60,993 nucleotides of DNA, filler included, from Deltaproteobacteria bacterium (GCA_016202395.1; 5 parts of 5 records of this genome joined end to end with filler, not necessarily neighbours in it); one strand, 5' to 3'. Positions 1 through 11,692 are shown, counted from the first letter of the whole stretch. The notes: generated from the sequence alone by a model not told the origin. Program-made: numbers and translations.

Positions 1-164
1 AACTATGTTCGTGACGAAAAATCATGATCTGAGCCGAGACAAGGAGGATGAGCAAAAAGCCCGGAAACGTACCTGGAAGGTACGTTGAGGACTTTTTGTG
101 AAATCCGACGTAGTCGCAGGCCAGAACATGATTTTGCAGTAGAAGATAGTTTTTAGAGGTGCCC
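1..164. mobile_element. MITE family A copy (177-bp element, first 13 bp cut by window edge)
   Basis: Reverse complement of 37700-37863 with 5 mismatches; ends in terminal repeat ATAGTTTTTAGAGGTGCCC followed by TCAA. Confidence 0.9.
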
Positions 165-186
165 TCAAGAAGGCCTCCGGAGCAGG

Positions 187-1584
187 TCATCGATTCATCA
201 TATCCATGAATTCCTTGTTCGAAGAGGCTTTACGGATCTTATCCAGCAAAAACTCCATCCCCTCAATCGGGTTCATCTCGTTTAAAACCTTCCTCAAGAT
301 CCAAATCTTGCTCATGACCTCTTCAGGGAGAAGGAGTTCCTCTTTTCGCGTGCCCGACTTGTTGATGTCAATGGCAGGGAAAACACGCCGATCGGCCAAC
401 CGCCGATCCAACACAATCTCCATATTCCCGGTCCCTTTGAATTCCTCAAAAATGACCTCATCCATCCTAGAGCCGGTATCGATGAGAGCCGTGGCAATGA
501 TGGTTAAACTCCCTCCTTCCTCGATATTGCGGGCCGCTCCAAAAAACCTCTTAGGACGGTGAAGGGCGTTCGAATCGACCCCGCCGGAGAGAACCTTTCC
601 ACTCGGCGGAACCACGGTGTTGTAAGCCCGAGCCAACCGAGTAATACTATCGAGCAGAATAACAACATCCTTTTGATGTTCCACCAACCGTTTGGCCTTC
701 TCCAAAACCATCTCGGTCACTTGAACGTGACGTTGAGCCGGCTCATCGAATGTGGAACTGACAACCTCCCCTTTCACAGACCGTTCCATGTCCGTCACCT
801 CTTCTGGCCGCTCATCGATGAGGAGAACAATCAACACCACCTCTTCATGGTTCTTCATAATGGCATGCGCAATGCTCTGCAAGAGCATCGTTTTACCGGC
901 GCGAGGAGGAGAAACGATGAGCCCTCTTTGTCCCTTCCCAATGGGGCAAAGGAGATCCATCACTCGTGTCGCATAGTCACTGGGGCTATACTCCAGCTTT
1001 AACTTCTCCTGGGGATAAAGAGGGGTCAAGTTGTCGAAAAGGATCTTGTCTCGAGCCACCTCCGGATCTTCAAAATTGACGGCATCTACTTTGAGCAGAG
1101 CAAAATAGCGCTCCGACTCTTTGGGAGAACGGATCTGCCCTGAGATGGTATCCCCGGTTCGGAGATTGAATCGCCGAATCTGAGAAGGAGAAACATAGAT
1201 GTCATCAGGCCCAGGAAGGTAGCTATAATCGGGGGCTCTTAAAAAACCGAACCCATCGGGAAGAATCTCCAAAACCCCTTCTCCATAGAGAAACCCGCTT
1301 TTTTCAGCCTGGGCTTGAAGGATCTTAAAAAGGAGGTCCTGTTTGCGAAGGCTGGCAGCCCCCTCAATATTGAGATCTCGAGCCAGTTTAAGGAGGTCGG
1401 AGAGTTTTCTCTCTTTGAGATCTTTAAGGTTCACTTCCCGATTGGAATCCCGAGAGGGGACCTCTGGCGGACTGGTTTCCACAACCTCTTGGCGCGTGGA
1501 GGAACGTCGTTTCCTTCCTGCAGGTTTAGACTCTTCGGCCTCTTCCTCTTCCTCAGACTCGGTCACGTCATGAGCATCTGGCAT
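187..1584 (-). CDS. rho: Transcription termination factor Rho
   Basis: GFGFLR RNA-binding motif, [19 protein letters not shown] Walker [19 protein letters not shown]. Confidence 0.98.
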   Translation of the reverse strand: MPDAHDVTESEEEEEAEESKPAGRKRRSSTRQEVVETSPPEVPSRDSNREVNLKDLKERKLSDLLKLARDLNIEGAASLRKQDLLFKILQAQAEKSGFLYGEGVLEILPDGFGFLRAPDYSYLPGPDDIYVSPSQIRRFNLRTGDTISGQIRSPKESERYFALLKVDAVNFEDPEVARDKILFDNLTPLYPQEKLKLEYSPSDYATRVMDLLCPIGKGQRGLIVSPPRAGKTMLLQSIAHAIMKNHEEVVLIVLLIDERPEEVTDMERSVKGEVVSSTFDEPAQRHVQVTEMVLEKAKRLVEHQKDVVILLDSITRLARAYNTVVPPSGKVLSGGVDSNALHRPKRFFGAARNIEEGGSLTIIATALIDTGSRMDEVIFEEFKGTGNMEIVLDRRLADRRVFPAIDINKSGTRKEELLLPEEVMSKIWILRKVLNEMNPIEGMEFLLDKIRKASSNKEFMDMMNR

Positions 1585-1723
1585 TCAAAACCCTCCTTAA
1601 TAAAAAAAGGACACATTGATTGGGGTGAAATCATGAAAAGAAAATCTGCTATTCCTACAATTGAGGATTTAAAGTGAAAAACTAGCTCGCAGCCCAAATA
1701 GTAGTCAACTCCCAGATCCTTTG

Positions 1724-3052
1724 TCAAGTCCCCTCTTCCCAAGATTCGAGGTACCTCTTTTGCTCCGGCGTCAGCCGATCGATCTTCACCCCCATCCCTT
1801 TCAGCTTGAGCGCCGCAATCCGTTGATCAATCGGCGCGGGGACAGGGTAAACCTGGGGCTTAAGTTCCCGACAATTTTGAGCCAGGTAAGCGAGTGAGAG
1901 GGCCTGATTGGCAAAGCTCATATCCATGACGCTGCTAGGGTGCCCTTCGGCGGAAGCGAGATTGATGAGGCGCCCTTCCCCTAACACATAAACCCTCTTC
2001 CCATTTTTAAGACTAAACTCCTCGACATAATCTCGAATGATTCTGCGTTCTTTAGCAATATCGGCAAGCGCTTCAAGATCCAGCTCCACATTGAAATGGC
2101 CGGAGTTTGCCACAATCGCTCCATCTTGCATCCTAAGGAAATGCTCTTTTCGGATCACCCCTTTATTCCCCGTGACCGTGCAGAAGAAATCTCCCACCTT
2201 CGCCGCCTCTGCAATGGGCATCACCTGATAACCATCCATGATCGCCTCTAAGGCCTTGAGAGGATCAACCTCCACTACAATCACATGAGCCCCCATGCCG
2301 TGGGCCCTCATGGCCAACCCACGACCACACCAACCATACCCACACACCACAAAGCTAGAGCCGGCCATCAATCGATTCGTGGCCCGTATAATCCCGTCAA
2401 TCGTGCTCTGCCCCGTGCCGTAACGATTATCAAAAAGGTGCTTGGTCTTGGCCTCGTTTACCGCAATAATCGGATAGGCCAAAACCCCTTTGTCCGCCAT
2501 AGCCTTTAAACGAATTACACCCGTGGTGGTTTCCTCGGTGCCCCCTAGAACCTTGGACAACAAATTCCGGCGTTGGGTGTGAAGGATCGAGACCAAATCG
2601 GCCCCGTCATCCATGGTATACTGAGGCTCTCTCTGCAAGACTTGTTCGATATGACGGTAGTAGGTCGCGTTGTCCTCCCCCTTGATGGCAAAGACCTCCA
2701 TCCCTTTTTCCTTGGCTAGAGCGGCAGCCACGTCATCCTGGGTGCTCAAAGGATTCGAGGCACATAGAGCAACAGAGGCCCCTCCATCTCGGAGAACCTT
2801 CATTAAATTCCCTGTCTCAGAGGTCACATGGAGACAAGCCGCCACTCGAATCCCCTCCAGAGGTTTTGTCTTAGTAAACTCACCCAAAACCTGCTGAAGG
2901 ACCGGCATGCTTTGCGCAGCCCACTCCATTCGGAGGCGTCCTTTCTCTGCCAAACCGACATCTTTCACGTCATAATGTGTATCTTGAGGACGCAGATTCC
3001 TCTTCTGTCTATTTTTCTCAGGCATGGAGCTCTCCAATGTTATTCCGTTCAT
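1724..3052 (-). CDS. ahcY: Adenosylhomocysteinase
   Basis: [49 protein letters not shown]; start may be a few codons downstream. Confidence 0.97.
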   Translation of the reverse strand: MNGITLESSMPEKNRQKRNLRPQDTHYDVKDVGLAEKGRLRMEWAAQSMPVLQQVLGEFTKTKPLEGIRVAACLHVTSETGNLMKVLRDGGASVALCASNPLSTQDDVAAALAKEKGMEVFAIKGEDNATYYRHIEQVLQREPQYTMDDGADLVSILHTQRRNLLSKVLGGTEETTTGVIRLKAMADKGVLAYPIIAVNEAKTKHLFDNRYGTGQSTIDGIIRATNRLMAGSSFVVCGYGWCGRGLAMRAHGMGAHVIVVEVDPLKALEAIMDGYQVMPIAEAAKVGDFFCTVTGNKGVIRKEHFLRMQDGAIVANSGHFNVELDLEALADIAKERRIIRDYVEEFSLKNGKRVYVLGEGRLINLASAEGHPSSVMDMSFANQALSLAYLAQNCRELKPQVYPVPAPIDQRIAALKLKGMGVKIDRLTPEQKRYLESWEEGT

Positions 3053-3055
3053 CGT

Positions 3056-4207
3056 TTATACCCCCGCTACTTTCCGTAGGGAATCCACTTGGTGGGTCTG
3101 TTCCCACGTAAATCCTTCTTCACTGCGCCCAAAATGGCCATAGGCCGCCGTTCGAGCATAAATCGGCTTCAATAAATCGAGTTGTTTAATAATGGCCCGG
3201 GGTCTCATGTCGAAAACTTCAAGAATCGCTTTCTCAATCAATTCATTAGGCACAATACCTGTTCCGTAAGTATTCACCATGACAGAGACAGGCTCCGCAA
3301 CCCCAATGGCATAGGAGATCTGAATCTCACATTTTTTGGCAAGCCCTGAGGCAACGACATTTTTCGCGATGTGGCGCGCCATATAGCTTGCGGAACGATC
3401 CACCTTTGTTGGATCTTTCCCTGAAAAAGCCCCTCCTCCATGTCGTCCCCATCCCCCGTAGGTATCCACGATAATCTTTCGCCCTGTCAACCCTGTATCG
3501 GCAAGGGGGCCTCCTGTCACAAAGCGCCCGGTGGCATTGATCATCACCTTAAATCGCCGCTCATCAATGAGGGACCTCGGGATCACATGACGAACAACCA
3601 CCTCCTCAATGTCCTTTCTCAATCTCTCCGTCGTCACCTCCTCGCCATGTTGAGCGGCAATAATCACCGTATCCACTCGAACGGCTCGCCCATCGTCATA
3701 CTCTACGGTCACCTGAGTCTTTCCATCCGGACGAAGATAAGGGAGCAGTCCCGAGTGACGAACCTCTGCCAACCGTTGCGCAAGTTTATGAGCGAATGTA
3801 ATCGGCATCGGCATCAGTTCTTCGGTTTCATCGGTGGCATACCCAAACATCATCCCTTGATCCCCCGCTCCATCCCGATCCACCCCCATCGCAATGTCAG
3901 GGGACTGTTCCTGGATAGCGGTCATGACACCGCAAGTCTGGTAGTCCATTCCATCTCGGGCGTCATCATACCCAATCCTCTTAATCGTTTCTCGGACGAT
4001 ATTGGCCACATTGACGTAACATTTCGTGGTAATCTCTCCAGCAACAAAGGCAAGTCCGGTGGTCAGAAAAGTTTCACAAGCAACGCGCGCCTGAGAATCT
4101 TCTTTGATGATCCTATCTAAAATGGCATCCGAGATTTGGTCACAGAGTTTATCGGGATGCCCCTCCGTCACCGATTCTGAGGTAAATAGATAATTTGTTT
4201 TTGCCAT
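3056..4207 (-). CDS. metK: S-adenosylmethionine synthetase
   Basis: [35 protein letters not shown]. Confidence 0.98.
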   Translation of the reverse strand: MAKTNYLFTSESVTEGHPDKLCDQISDAILDRIIKEDSQARVACETFLTTGLAFVAGEITTKCYVNVANIVRETIKRIGYDDARDGMDYQTCGVMTAIQEQSPDIAMGVDRDGAGDQGMMFGYATDETEELMPMPITFAHKLAQRLAEVRHSGLLPYLRPDGKTQVTVEYDDGRAVRVDTVIIAAQHGEEVTTERLRKDIEEVVVRHVIPRSLIDERRFKVMINATGRFVTGGPLADTGLTGRKIIVDTYGGWGRHGGGAFSGKDPTKVDRSASYMARHIAKNVVASGLAKKCEIQISYAIGVAEPVSVMVNTYGTGIVPNELIEKAILEVFDMRPRAIIKQLDLLKPIYARTAAYGHFGRSEEGFTWEQTHQVDSLRKVAGV

Positions 4208-4288
4208 ATTCCCTCCTTTTCGAATGGTCTGTTCTTATAACCAATACAATAACAGAAAGTCAAATACTAGAATGACCTCGCCTATCTC

Positions 4289-6055
4289 CTATAAAATCTC
4301 CTCGGGTATTCCTGCGGCTTTTAAAGCCGACTTTGTAAAAGCATCGACCTCGGTGTGGGAAGAAAGAGATAAAGCCTCCTGAGCTAGTTTCTCCATCTCT
4401 GCTAGAGAGATCGATCGGACTAGCCTCTTAATTCGAGGGATGGAAAGGGCATTCATACTAAACTCCTTCAACCCCAACCCTAACAGAAGCGGAAATACAG
4501 CCTCCTCCCCCGCCATCTCCCCACAGATGCCTACAGGGATCCCCTGCTTCTCCCCCGCCTGAACGACCATCTGGATCATCTTCAAAATCGAAGGATGAAG
4601 GGGTTGATAAAGATAAGCCACATGCTCATTCTGACGATCGATCGCCAGAGAGTACTGGATCAAATCATTGGTGCCGATACTGAAAAAATCAACCTCTTTG
4701 GCAAGAGGTTGCGCCAACAAGCAAGCCGATGGGGTTTCCACCATAATCCCAACAGCCACCTTCGGATCAAAGGAAATTCTTTCTGACTTCAACTCTTCCA
4801 TGGCCTCTCGAAGAATACTGCGAGCCTGCCAAACCTCATCGATCATACACACCATGGGAAACATAATCTTGAGTTTCCCAAAAGCGCTGGCTCGAAGTAT
4901 CGCGCGGAGTTGAGCTTTAAAAATGGGAACGTCCCTCAGACAGAGACGAATCGCTCTCAGGCCTAAAGCGGGATTCATCTCTGCGGGAATATCGACTCGA
5001 GAAACGAATTTATCTCCCCCTAAATCAATCGTCCGAATCGTGACAGGATAAGGGGCCATCTTGCGAACAACAACTTTGTAATTTTCGAGCTGTTCTTCCT
5101 CCGAAGGAAGATCTTTTCGATTCATAAAAAGATATTCTGTTCGATAAAGTCCAATCCCCTCCGCTCCATGCTCCAAAACAGAGGGAACCTCCTGAATTAA
5201 TTCGATATTGGCCAGAAGTTGAATTGGGCGCCCATCGAGTGTCTGAGCCGGCTCTTTGCGCAACTTGAGAAGTTGCTTCTCGCCAACTTCGTAGGCTTTG
5301 CGACGTTCTAAATAATAATCCAGAGCCTCAGGAGCAGGATTTAAGATGACAACCCCTTTCATTCCATCGACAACCACCGTATCCCCCACTTGAGCTTGTT
5401 CGGTGACACTCTCCAATCCCACAACAGCCGGTATCTCTAAGGAACGGGCCAAAATCGCCGTATGAGAGGTCTTCCCCCCCATATCGGTGGCGAATCCTAA
5501 CACCTTCCCCCTGGCCATCAATGCGGTGTCCGCAGGGGAAAGATCATGAGCCACCACAACCACCTTTTCTTGCAAGTTTCCAATCTCTTCGATCTTTCTC
5601 CCCAAGAGATTCGCAAGAATTCTTTCCCCCACATAGTGGATGTCTTTTTTTCTGCCTCGAAGATAATCATCATCAATGGTGTCAAACACATTTTTGATTT
5701 CATCCAAAACCTTTTCTAAAGCCCACTCTGCATTCACTTCATCCTCTCGAATCCGGTTCATCGTTTCTCGAATCAGCATATCGTCCTCAAGCATCATCTG
5801 GTGCACTTCCAAGATATGAATGAGTTCTCGAGCCTCTCGTTTGGAGACCTCCTCCTTGACCCCCATGAGTTGCCGTCGAGACGCATCGACGGCCTGACGG
5901 AATCGTTCCACCTCTTGTGGAACAAGCGATTCTTTAATGAAATATTTGGGAACCCTCTCTAAAGGGCGACCCATCAAATAAACCTTTCCAACGGTGATCC
6001 CCGAAGAGACCCCAATCCCTTGAATTACAATCTGTTGTCGCGCAGAATCTGCCAT
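4289..6055 (-). CDS. ptsI: PEP-protein phosphotransferase (PTS enzyme I)
   Basis: GGKTSHTAI phospho-His motif, GIGLYRTE, EMNPALGLRAIR, FSIGTNDL. Confidence 0.97.
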   Translation of the reverse strand: MADSARQQIVIQGIGVSSGITVGKVYLMGRPLERVPKYFIKESLVPQEVERFRQAVDASRRQLMGVKEEVSKREARELIHILEVHQMMLEDDMLIRETMNRIREDEVNAEWALEKVLDEIKNVFDTIDDDYLRGRKKDIHYVGERILANLLGRKIEEIGNLQEKVVVVAHDLSPADTALMARGKVLGFATDMGGKTSHTAILARSLEIPAVVGLESVTEQAQVGDTVVVDGMKGVVILNPAPEALDYYLERRKAYEVGEKQLLKLRKEPAQTLDGRPIQLLANIELIQEVPSVLEHGAEGIGLYRTEYLFMNRKDLPSEEEQLENYKVVVRKMAPYPVTIRTIDLGGDKFVSRVDIPAEMNPALGLRAIRLCLRDVPIFKAQLRAILRASAFGKLKIMFPMVCMIDEVWQARSILREAMEELKSERISFDPKVAVGIMVETPSACLLAQPLAKEVDFFSIGTNDLIQYSLAIDRQNEHVAYLYQPLHPSILKMIQMVVQAGEKQGIPVGICGEMAGEEAVFPLLLGLGLKEFSMNALSIPRIKRLVRSISLAEMEKLAQEALSLSSHTEVDAFTKSALKAAGIPEEIL

Positions 6056-6322
6056 TTAATCCTCATCAAAACCGCGATTCACCAAATCCGTCAAAGCCTC
6101 CAACGCCTCCTCCGCCTCTGGACCTTGAGCTTTAATACAAACTTCCGTCCCTTTGGAGGCCGCCAGTGTCAAGAGCCCCATAATACTCTTTCCATTGGTC
6201 TCCAGGTTATCCTTGCAAACCGTCACCTCCGCATCAAAACGGTTGGCGAGCTGCACAAAAAGGGCCGCCGCCCTAGCATGAAATCCAAGCTGGTTTTTAA
6301 CGGTTAACGTACGTTGATACAA
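6056..6322 (-). CDS. ptsH: Phosphocarrier protein HPr
   Basis: GFHARAA (His15) and NGKSIMGLL (Ser46); start moved to TTG at 6322, which has AAGGAG 6 nt upstream and gives 88 aa. Confidence 0.93.
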   Translation of the reverse strand: MYQRTLTVKNQLGFHARAAALFVQLANRFDAEVTVCKDNLETNGKSIMGLLTLAASKGTEVCIKAQGPEAEEALEALTDLVNRGFDED

Positions 6323-6348
6323 ATAGAACTCCTTAATGTCCACACGAC

Positions 6349-7128
6349 CTAACGGGGCAAAATTCCTTCTGAAAAAGCGCCGACGGTAAAGACCACCCAT
6401 AAAAGGACAATCAGCTGCCATGGATTCAATCCACGTCGCAAACAAAAACTGAAAAGGGCTGCCACCAAAGGGAATAGAAAGAAGGAGAACAAATTCGCTT
6501 GAGGGTTCAACCGCAGATCCGGATGGGATCCTAGCATGGCAAGGAACACCCCCGCTAAAAATGAGGATCCCTCTTTGAAGCGGGCAGCCCACTCTGTAAA
6601 ACGCATCTTCTGGATCTCAGAGGCCAGCTCCTCGTGCGATCGCAACCCCAAGCGAAGTCCTTGGAACTGAATAAGGAATCGAGCGATACCAAAGACCCCC
6701 ACCGCCACACAGGGAGCCCAAAGTTTTCCACGAAGAGCGATCAAGAGCGCCAGCAGGCTTGCCAGGGGGGCAATCCCAGCCCAAAAAAGGGAATCTCCAA
6801 TGGCTGCGAGAGACCCCATATAAGAGGCTTTAAAACGATTCACCTCCGAGGCCTCCCTCTTGCCCGCGGCCACCTCCTCCTCTAAACGGACCACACCCCC
6901 CAAAATGAAGGTCACAAAATAAGGGTGCGTATTAAAATAACGAATATGCCTTGCCAGAGCCTTTTTGTAATCCATCGAAGAGATCCAAATCTTTTTCAAC
7001 GCGGGAGCCATCGAATAAGCAAAACCGATATTCTGCATCCCGGCAAAATTCCAACTGGTCTGCAGAAAAAAAGACCTCCAGAGAATAGGCCAAAATAATT
7101 TCTGCGTGTGAGACTCCTCTTTTTTCAT
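6349..7128 (-). CDS. PTS mannose/fructose/sorbose family IID component
   Basis: QTSWNFAGMQNIGF, YFNTHPY, MGSLAAIGDSLFW. Confidence 0.93.
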   Translation of the reverse strand: MKKEESHTQKLFWPILWRSFFLQTSWNFAGMQNIGFAYSMAPALKKIWISSMDYKKALARHIRYFNTHPYFVTFILGGVVRLEEEVAAGKREASEVNRFKASYMGSLAAIGDSLFWAGIAPLASLLALLIALRGKLWAPCVAVGVFGIARFLIQFQGLRLGLRSHEELASEIQKMRFTEWAARFKEGSSFLAGVFLAMLGSHPDLRLNPQANLFSFFLFPLVAALFSFCLRRGLNPWQLIVLLWVVFTVGAFSEGILPR

Positions 7129-7832
7129 TGGATGTCGCCGCGTTTAAAGATCCACAAAAGCAAAGAAGCCAGACCATACCCAGCCCCCCAAAAAAACCAA
7201 GATCGAGCCCCCCGGTTCAAAAGAAGGATGCTGGCTACTCCCAAGAGGGGCAAACATCGCAACGTTCCGAAAAAACCCTTCCATAGAGGGGCCGTGATCC
7301 ATGGTTGAAACAGATAAAGCCCTCCCACCTCCACCCCCATCAGAACGAAGAAACCGATAAAGAAAACAAAGTAGCTGTTCAACATCCCAAGCCAATTGAT
7401 ATTCTCCGCAATCCGAAATCGGCCTTTGTCAATCTCCTCTTTTTGGAATTGGGAGATATGAACATTCCATCTTCGAACGAAGCCATCGAGAAGGGGACCG
7501 ATGCGGCTCCCCGGCAAAGCTAAAAGCGTGGCTAAAGCGATCCCCTCTTCCCAAGGGATTCCCAAATAACGCCTTGAAATAACGAAACTTCCTGTGGCAA
7601 GAACCGCCATAAAGCTATCATCGGGAGGGATCGTAGAACCCACGGGGAGACGATGGAACCATATCGCCTCCAACACAATACCGATGAGGATCCCCGCTTG
7701 AGCCTCGCCCCACAATCCCCCCAACAGGGGCGCCAGCACAATAGGCCGAGAAAACATCCATCGCCCTAGAATAACCCGGTCTAGATAAAGCAAGGCGCCT
7801 AAGGCGCTCACACTGAGTAGGGTTAGCCACAT
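7125..7832 (-). CDS. PTS mannose-family IIC component
   Basis: Hydrophobic; SRPIVLAPLLG, LPVGSTIPPD; lies between IIB and IID. Confidence 0.88.
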   Translation of the reverse strand: MWLTLLSVSALGALLYLDRVILGRWMFSRPIVLAPLLGGLWGEAQAGILIGIVLEAIWFHRLPVGSTIPPDDSFMAVLATGSFVISRRYLGIPWEEGIALATLLALPGSRIGPLLDGFVRRWNVHISQFQKEEIDKGRFRIAENINWLGMLNSYFVFFIGFFVLMGVEVGGLYLFQPWITAPLWKGFFGTLRCLPLLGVASILLLNRGARSWFFWGAGYGLASLLLWIFKRGDIQ

Positions 7833-7835
7833 AAT

Positions 7836-7959
7836 ACAAACTCAATAAATGGCGTTATACTTTGTTGCCCTCGTCGGCCACTCCCTGCGGCGTACCTGCA
7901 AAGTACGCCTCGGTCGGGCCTCCTCGGGCGCCGCGTCTAACGCCATTTCTTGCGTTTGT
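7836..7959. mobile_element. MITE family B copy (124 bp)
   Basis: 22-bp imperfect terminal inverted repeats; same length and clear similarity to 24449-24572. Confidence 0.8.
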
Positions 7960-7967
7960 TAAGAATG

Positions 7968-8444
7968 TCACTTCAGAAACTCTTGCAACGAAACCTCTCT
8001 CTCCGAAGGAATCGCTTGAAGGGTTACAGTCACCCCCGCTTGAGCTAATGTTTTCAATTGGCCAAAACTGCCTGGATTAACGCAAACAGAGGGGGAAAGA
8101 GCTTTTGTCCCGCTCTCTTCGTGAATGTTCCCCAAGTTGAGATGAGAATAATGGAATCCTTGAATATAAACTTGATAAGCGAGATCCATGCGCCCAAACA
8201 AAACAAGGATCCGGGTTTTGTCTTGAGTCAATTTTGGATACTGCGCAACCAACTGCTTCACCGTTAGAAACTCGACTTGGGTCGAAGAGGAAACCCCAAG
8301 CGTCAAGATCTTCTTCTCCTTTGAATCTTGCGCAACCCTGTCATCCACAACAAGGATTCTATGGACGGTCAGGTGCGGAACCCAAACTTCCGTGACTTGA
8401 CCGTGAATCAGGCGATCATCGACTCGAACTAACACTAAACTCAT
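7968..8444 (-). CDS. PTS mannose-family IIB component
   Basis: RVDDRLIHGQV phospho-His motif, LNLGN. Confidence 0.93.
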   Translation of the reverse strand: MSLVLVRVDDRLIHGQVTEVWVPHLTVHRILVVDDRVAQDSKEKKILTLGVSSSTQVEFLTVKQLVAQYPKLTQDKTRILVLFGRMDLAYQVYIQGFHYSHLNLGNIHEESGTKALSPSVCVNPGSFGQLKTLAQAGVTVTLQAIPSEREVSLQEFLK

Positions 8445-8869
8445 CGGGTTTGCCTCCGGACAGCTCCGACTTCCGCCTTCAATATTTCGCTGGCTAACGT
8501 GATATTCCTCTGACCGTAATTGCGAACGTACTGCGCAAACTCCTTAAGAGGGCCTTGCCGTTTTTCCAAAGAAAGTTTAAGAATCATCGGAAGATTAACC
8601 CCCGTGACCACCTCCACTTTCTCCTCCTCTAAAAAAGCAAGGCTCAAATTGGAAGGGGTCCCTCCAAACATATCGGTCAACACAAGAACCCCTTCTCCTT
8701 GATCGGAGGCTCGAATCACTTTTTCGACCTCTTGTTTCAAACTCTCCACCCCTTGGGTGCGATTCGTTCCAAGGGTGACAATGCCTTGCAACGGGCCCAC
8801 AATGGTCTCCGCCGTTTTAATGAATTCTTGACCCAATTGACCATGAGTAATAACAACGATTCCTATCAT
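8441..8869 (-). CDS. PTS mannose-family IIA component
   Basis: MIGIVVITHG, LTDMFGGTPSN, GVNLPM; start set at ATG 8869. Confidence 0.93.
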   Translation of the reverse strand: MIGIVVITHGQLGQEFIKTAETIVGPLQGIVTLGTNRTQGVESLKQEVEKVIRASDQGEGVLVLTDMFGGTPSNLSLAFLEEEKVEVVTGVNLPMILKLSLEKRQGPLKEFAQYVRNYGQRNITLASEILKAEVGAVRRQTR

Positions 8870-8889
8870 CTCATCCTCTTGAAGTAGAT

Positions 8890-9753
8890 CTACTTGCCAA
8901 TATCTCGATGCTCCAGTGTCACAACATACTCTTCCTTCCGCAGCTCTGCAGCGACCCATCGGGCCATCGCCACCGAACGATGTCTGCCTCCCGTGCAACC
9001 GAAACCAATCGTTAAATAAGCTTTTCCTTCCTGCTGATAAAGGGGGAGAAGAAAACGAAGGAGACTCATGGATTGCTCCAAAAACTTTCCCGCATGGGGA
9101 GACTTCATAACATAATCCGACACCGGTTCTTCTTCTCCCGTTTTGGGACGGAGTTCTTTAACAAAATTGGGATTGGGCAAGAATCGGACATCCATCAGCA
9201 TGTCCGCAGAAAGAGGAATGCCATATCGATATCCGAAGGAAACGACTCGGATCGCGGTCTTCCGGACAACAACGTCTTCAGAAAAGCGCTCCTGAATGAC
9301 TTGACGAAGTTCATGAATGTTGAACTCTGTGGTGTCCATTTGAATATCCGACATCGAATAGACCGGATTCAACAAAACCCTCTCTCTTTGGATGCCATCG
9401 ACAACAGACCCCGAAATCGCCAGGGGATGCAATCGCCGCGTCTCACTATAGCGACGGATTAAAACAGGATCTTGAGCATCGAGAAAAAGCATCTTGACGG
9501 AGTGCCCTTCGGAACGCACTTTCTGAACCATCTTTTGAAACTCCTCAAAGAATCGACCCTCGCGAGCATCAATCCCCACAGCAACCCGACGGATTCCTCC
9601 TTGAGATTGCTTGCAAAGTTCCAACAACTGAGGAAGCAACAGGGAAGGAAGATTATCGACACAATAAAAGCCAAGATCTTCCAATGCCCGAATACAGGTG
9701 CTCTTGCCTGATCCAGAGATGCCTGTCACAATGATGACCGAAAGAGATTCCAT
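8890..9753 (-). CDS. rapZ: RNase adapter RapZ (P-loop NTPase)
   Basis: TGISGSGKS, CVDNLP, ETRRLHPL, DVRFLPNP, GCTGGRHRSV; start set at ATG 9753. Confidence 0.95.
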   Translation of the reverse strand: MESLSVIIVTGISGSGKSTCIRALEDLGFYCVDNLPSLLLPQLLELCKQSQGGIRRVAVGIDAREGRFFEEFQKMVQKVRSEGHSVKMLFLDAQDPVLIRRYSETRRLHPLAISGSVVDGIQRERVLLNPVYSMSDIQMDTTEFNIHELRQVIQERFSEDVVVRKTAIRVVSFGYRYGIPLSADMLMDVRFLPNPNFVKELRPKTGEEEPVSDYVMKSPHAGKFLEQSMSLLRFLLPLYQQEGKAYLTIGFGCTGGRHRSVAMARWVAAELRKEEYVVTLEHRDIGK

Positions 9754-9775
9754 TGGAGACTTTTTCAGCAGCCGG

Positions 9776-10237
9776 CTAATACTTTCCGTCTTCTTCGACA
9801 ATAATTCGATATAGCTCATCCGCATCCTTAGCCTTCATTAACCGTTCCCGAAAACTCGAATCCTTGAGTAAACGAGAGATCCGAGCCAACACCTTGAGGT
9901 GAATTCCCGCTGAATTTTCAGGAGCCAACAACAAGAAGAAAAGATGGGCAGGTTTTTCATCCAATGAATCAAAAGAGATCCCCGAGGCGCTCCTCCCAAA
10001 GGAAAGCAAAACGCTGCTAATGCCGGGCAACTTTCCATGAGGAATGGCAACCCCATCTCCAATCCCTGTGCTCCCCAGCTTCTCTCTTTCCAATAACACC
10101 TCCACAATCTTATCGATTCCAATATTCTTTTGGGGCTCTCCTAATAGATCCGTAAGCTCTCTCAGAATTTCTATCTTGGTCTGTCCTTGCAGTTCACTCC
10201 GGATCGCTCCTCTCGGCAACAACTCTCCGATCTTCAT
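9776..10237 (-). CDS. ptsN: PTS IIA-Ntr
   Basis: REKLGSTGIGDGVAIPHG; follows rpoN. Confidence 0.93.
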   Translation of the reverse strand: MKIGELLPRGAIRSELQGQTKIEILRELTDLLGEPQKNIGIDKIVEVLLEREKLGSTGIGDGVAIPHGKLPGISSVLLSFGRSASGISFDSLDEKPAHLFFLLLAPENSAGIHLKVLARISRLLKDSSFRERLMKAKDADELYRIIVEEDGKY

Positions 10238-10270
10238 CGGTCACCTCCTCTGCGCCCTATTCTTTTAAAA

Positions 10271-11689
10271 TCAAATTTCATGAGAATGCTTTCGCTGATT
10301 GGCTGGAGCTATTCCAAGCACCTCTCTGTATTTCGAAACGGTGCGGCGCGCAATCTGGATATTCTGTTTTTGCAGAGTCTCCACAATCTCTTGATCACTC
10401 AAGGGCCTCTTGCGATCTTCATGGCCAATAAGCTGTTTGATTTTATCTTTAACGCCAATGGAGGCGATCTCCTCCCCCATCCCTTTATGAACACCGCTAT
10501 TGAAAAAAAACTTCAGTTCAAACAATCCTCGAGGCGTATGAACATATTTGTTGGTGGTAACCCGACTGATGGTAGACTCGTGAACTCCGATGTCATCGGC
10601 AACGTCTCTTAGAATCATGGGTTTTAACCACTGAATCCCCTTTTCTAAGAAATCCCGCTGAAATTTGACAATGCTCTGGGTCACTTTAACCAGGGTTCTC
10701 TGCCTTTGATGAATCGACCGAATAAACCAAATGGCGGAGCGGATCTTGCCCTCAATATATTTTTTGGCATCCTCGCATTGACGGGAGCCTTCTTGCAAAA
10801 GTCTGCGATAGATGTGGCTAATTCGAAGACGCGGCAAACCATCTTCATTGATCTGAACCGTGTAGTCATCCCCGGATTTGTAAACATAAATATCCGGAAT
10901 AATGTAGATGGGTTCTTCCGACACAAAGAGCCTCCCCGGTTTGGGCTCCATCTTAGAGATGAGTTTGCCCGCCTCCACAACCGCTTCGACGGAGACTCCC
11001 AACTCCTTGGCAATCTCAGGATACCGATGATATTCCAAGGCCTCTAAATGGTTTCGGACGATCGCCTCCACAAGAGGAATATCGGAGGCCCACTGCCTCG
11101 CTTGAACCAAGAGGCACTCCTGCAAATCCCGGCTAGCAACTCCTGGAGGATCAAACTCCTGGATTTTGGCTAACACCTTGCGACCCTCTTCCAGAGAGTT
11201 GTGAGTGGCTTCGACAATCTCTTCTAGGCTGACGGTCAAATAACCATCCTCATTGATATTTCCAATAATCACGGCGCCGATCCCCTCTTGCTCTGGAGAT
11301 AAATCGGAGAGACGCAGTTGCCATGAAAGATGCTCCGCCAAGGTCGTCCGTTGGGTTAGGGTGTTTTCATAGGAGGGGAGCTCCGGGTCATAATTCTTGG
11401 TAGGGGGACGAACTCCGCTCTCGCTACGGAGATAGTCCTCGAATTCCATCTTCTGGACCTTCTCGCCTATCTCCCCAAGCTCATCCTCCGGCACCTCCTG
11501 CTCTTGTTCTTTCTCCTTGACGGAAAGCTCCTGAGATTCTTCAAGAACAGGATTCTCCTCCAATTCCTGCTTGACCATTCCCACTAATTCTAATTGAGAG
11601 AGTTGAAGAAGACGAATCGCCTGTTGCAACTGAGGGGTCATCACCAGTTGCTGACTGAGCTTGAGGTCTTGTCGAATCTGTATCGCCAT
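10271..11689 (-). CDS. rpoN: RNA polymerase sigma-54 factor
   Basis: MTPQLQQAIRLLQL region I, HESTISR HTH, ARRTVSKYR RpoN box. Confidence 0.98.
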   Translation of the reverse strand: MAIQIRQDLKLSQQLVMTPQLQQAIRLLQLSQLELVGMVKQELEENPVLEESQELSVKEKEQEQEVPEDELGEIGEKVQKMEFEDYLRSESGVRPPTKNYDPELPSYENTLTQRTTLAEHLSWQLRLSDLSPEQEGIGAVIIGNINEDGYLTVSLEEIVEATHNSLEEGRKVLAKIQEFDPPGVASRDLQECLLVQARQWASDIPLVEAIVRNHLEALEYHRYPEIAKELGVSVEAVVEAGKLISKMEPKPGRLFVSEEPIYIIPDIYVYKSGDDYTVQINEDGLPRLRISHIYRRLLQEGSRQCEDAKKYIEGKIRSAIWFIRSIHQRQRTLVKVTQSIVKFQRDFLEKGIQWLKPMILRDVADDIGVHESTISRVTTNKYVHTPRGLFELKFFFNSGVHKGMGEEIASIGVKDKIKQLIGHEDRKRPLSDQEIVETLQKQNIQIARRTVSKYREVLGIAPANQRKHSHEI

Positions 11690-11692
11690 AAA

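Noticed and set aside
4208-4288. Possible SAM riboswitch before metK-ahcY
   Set aside because: Only 81 bp, AT-rich and promoter-like, with no recognisable aptamer.
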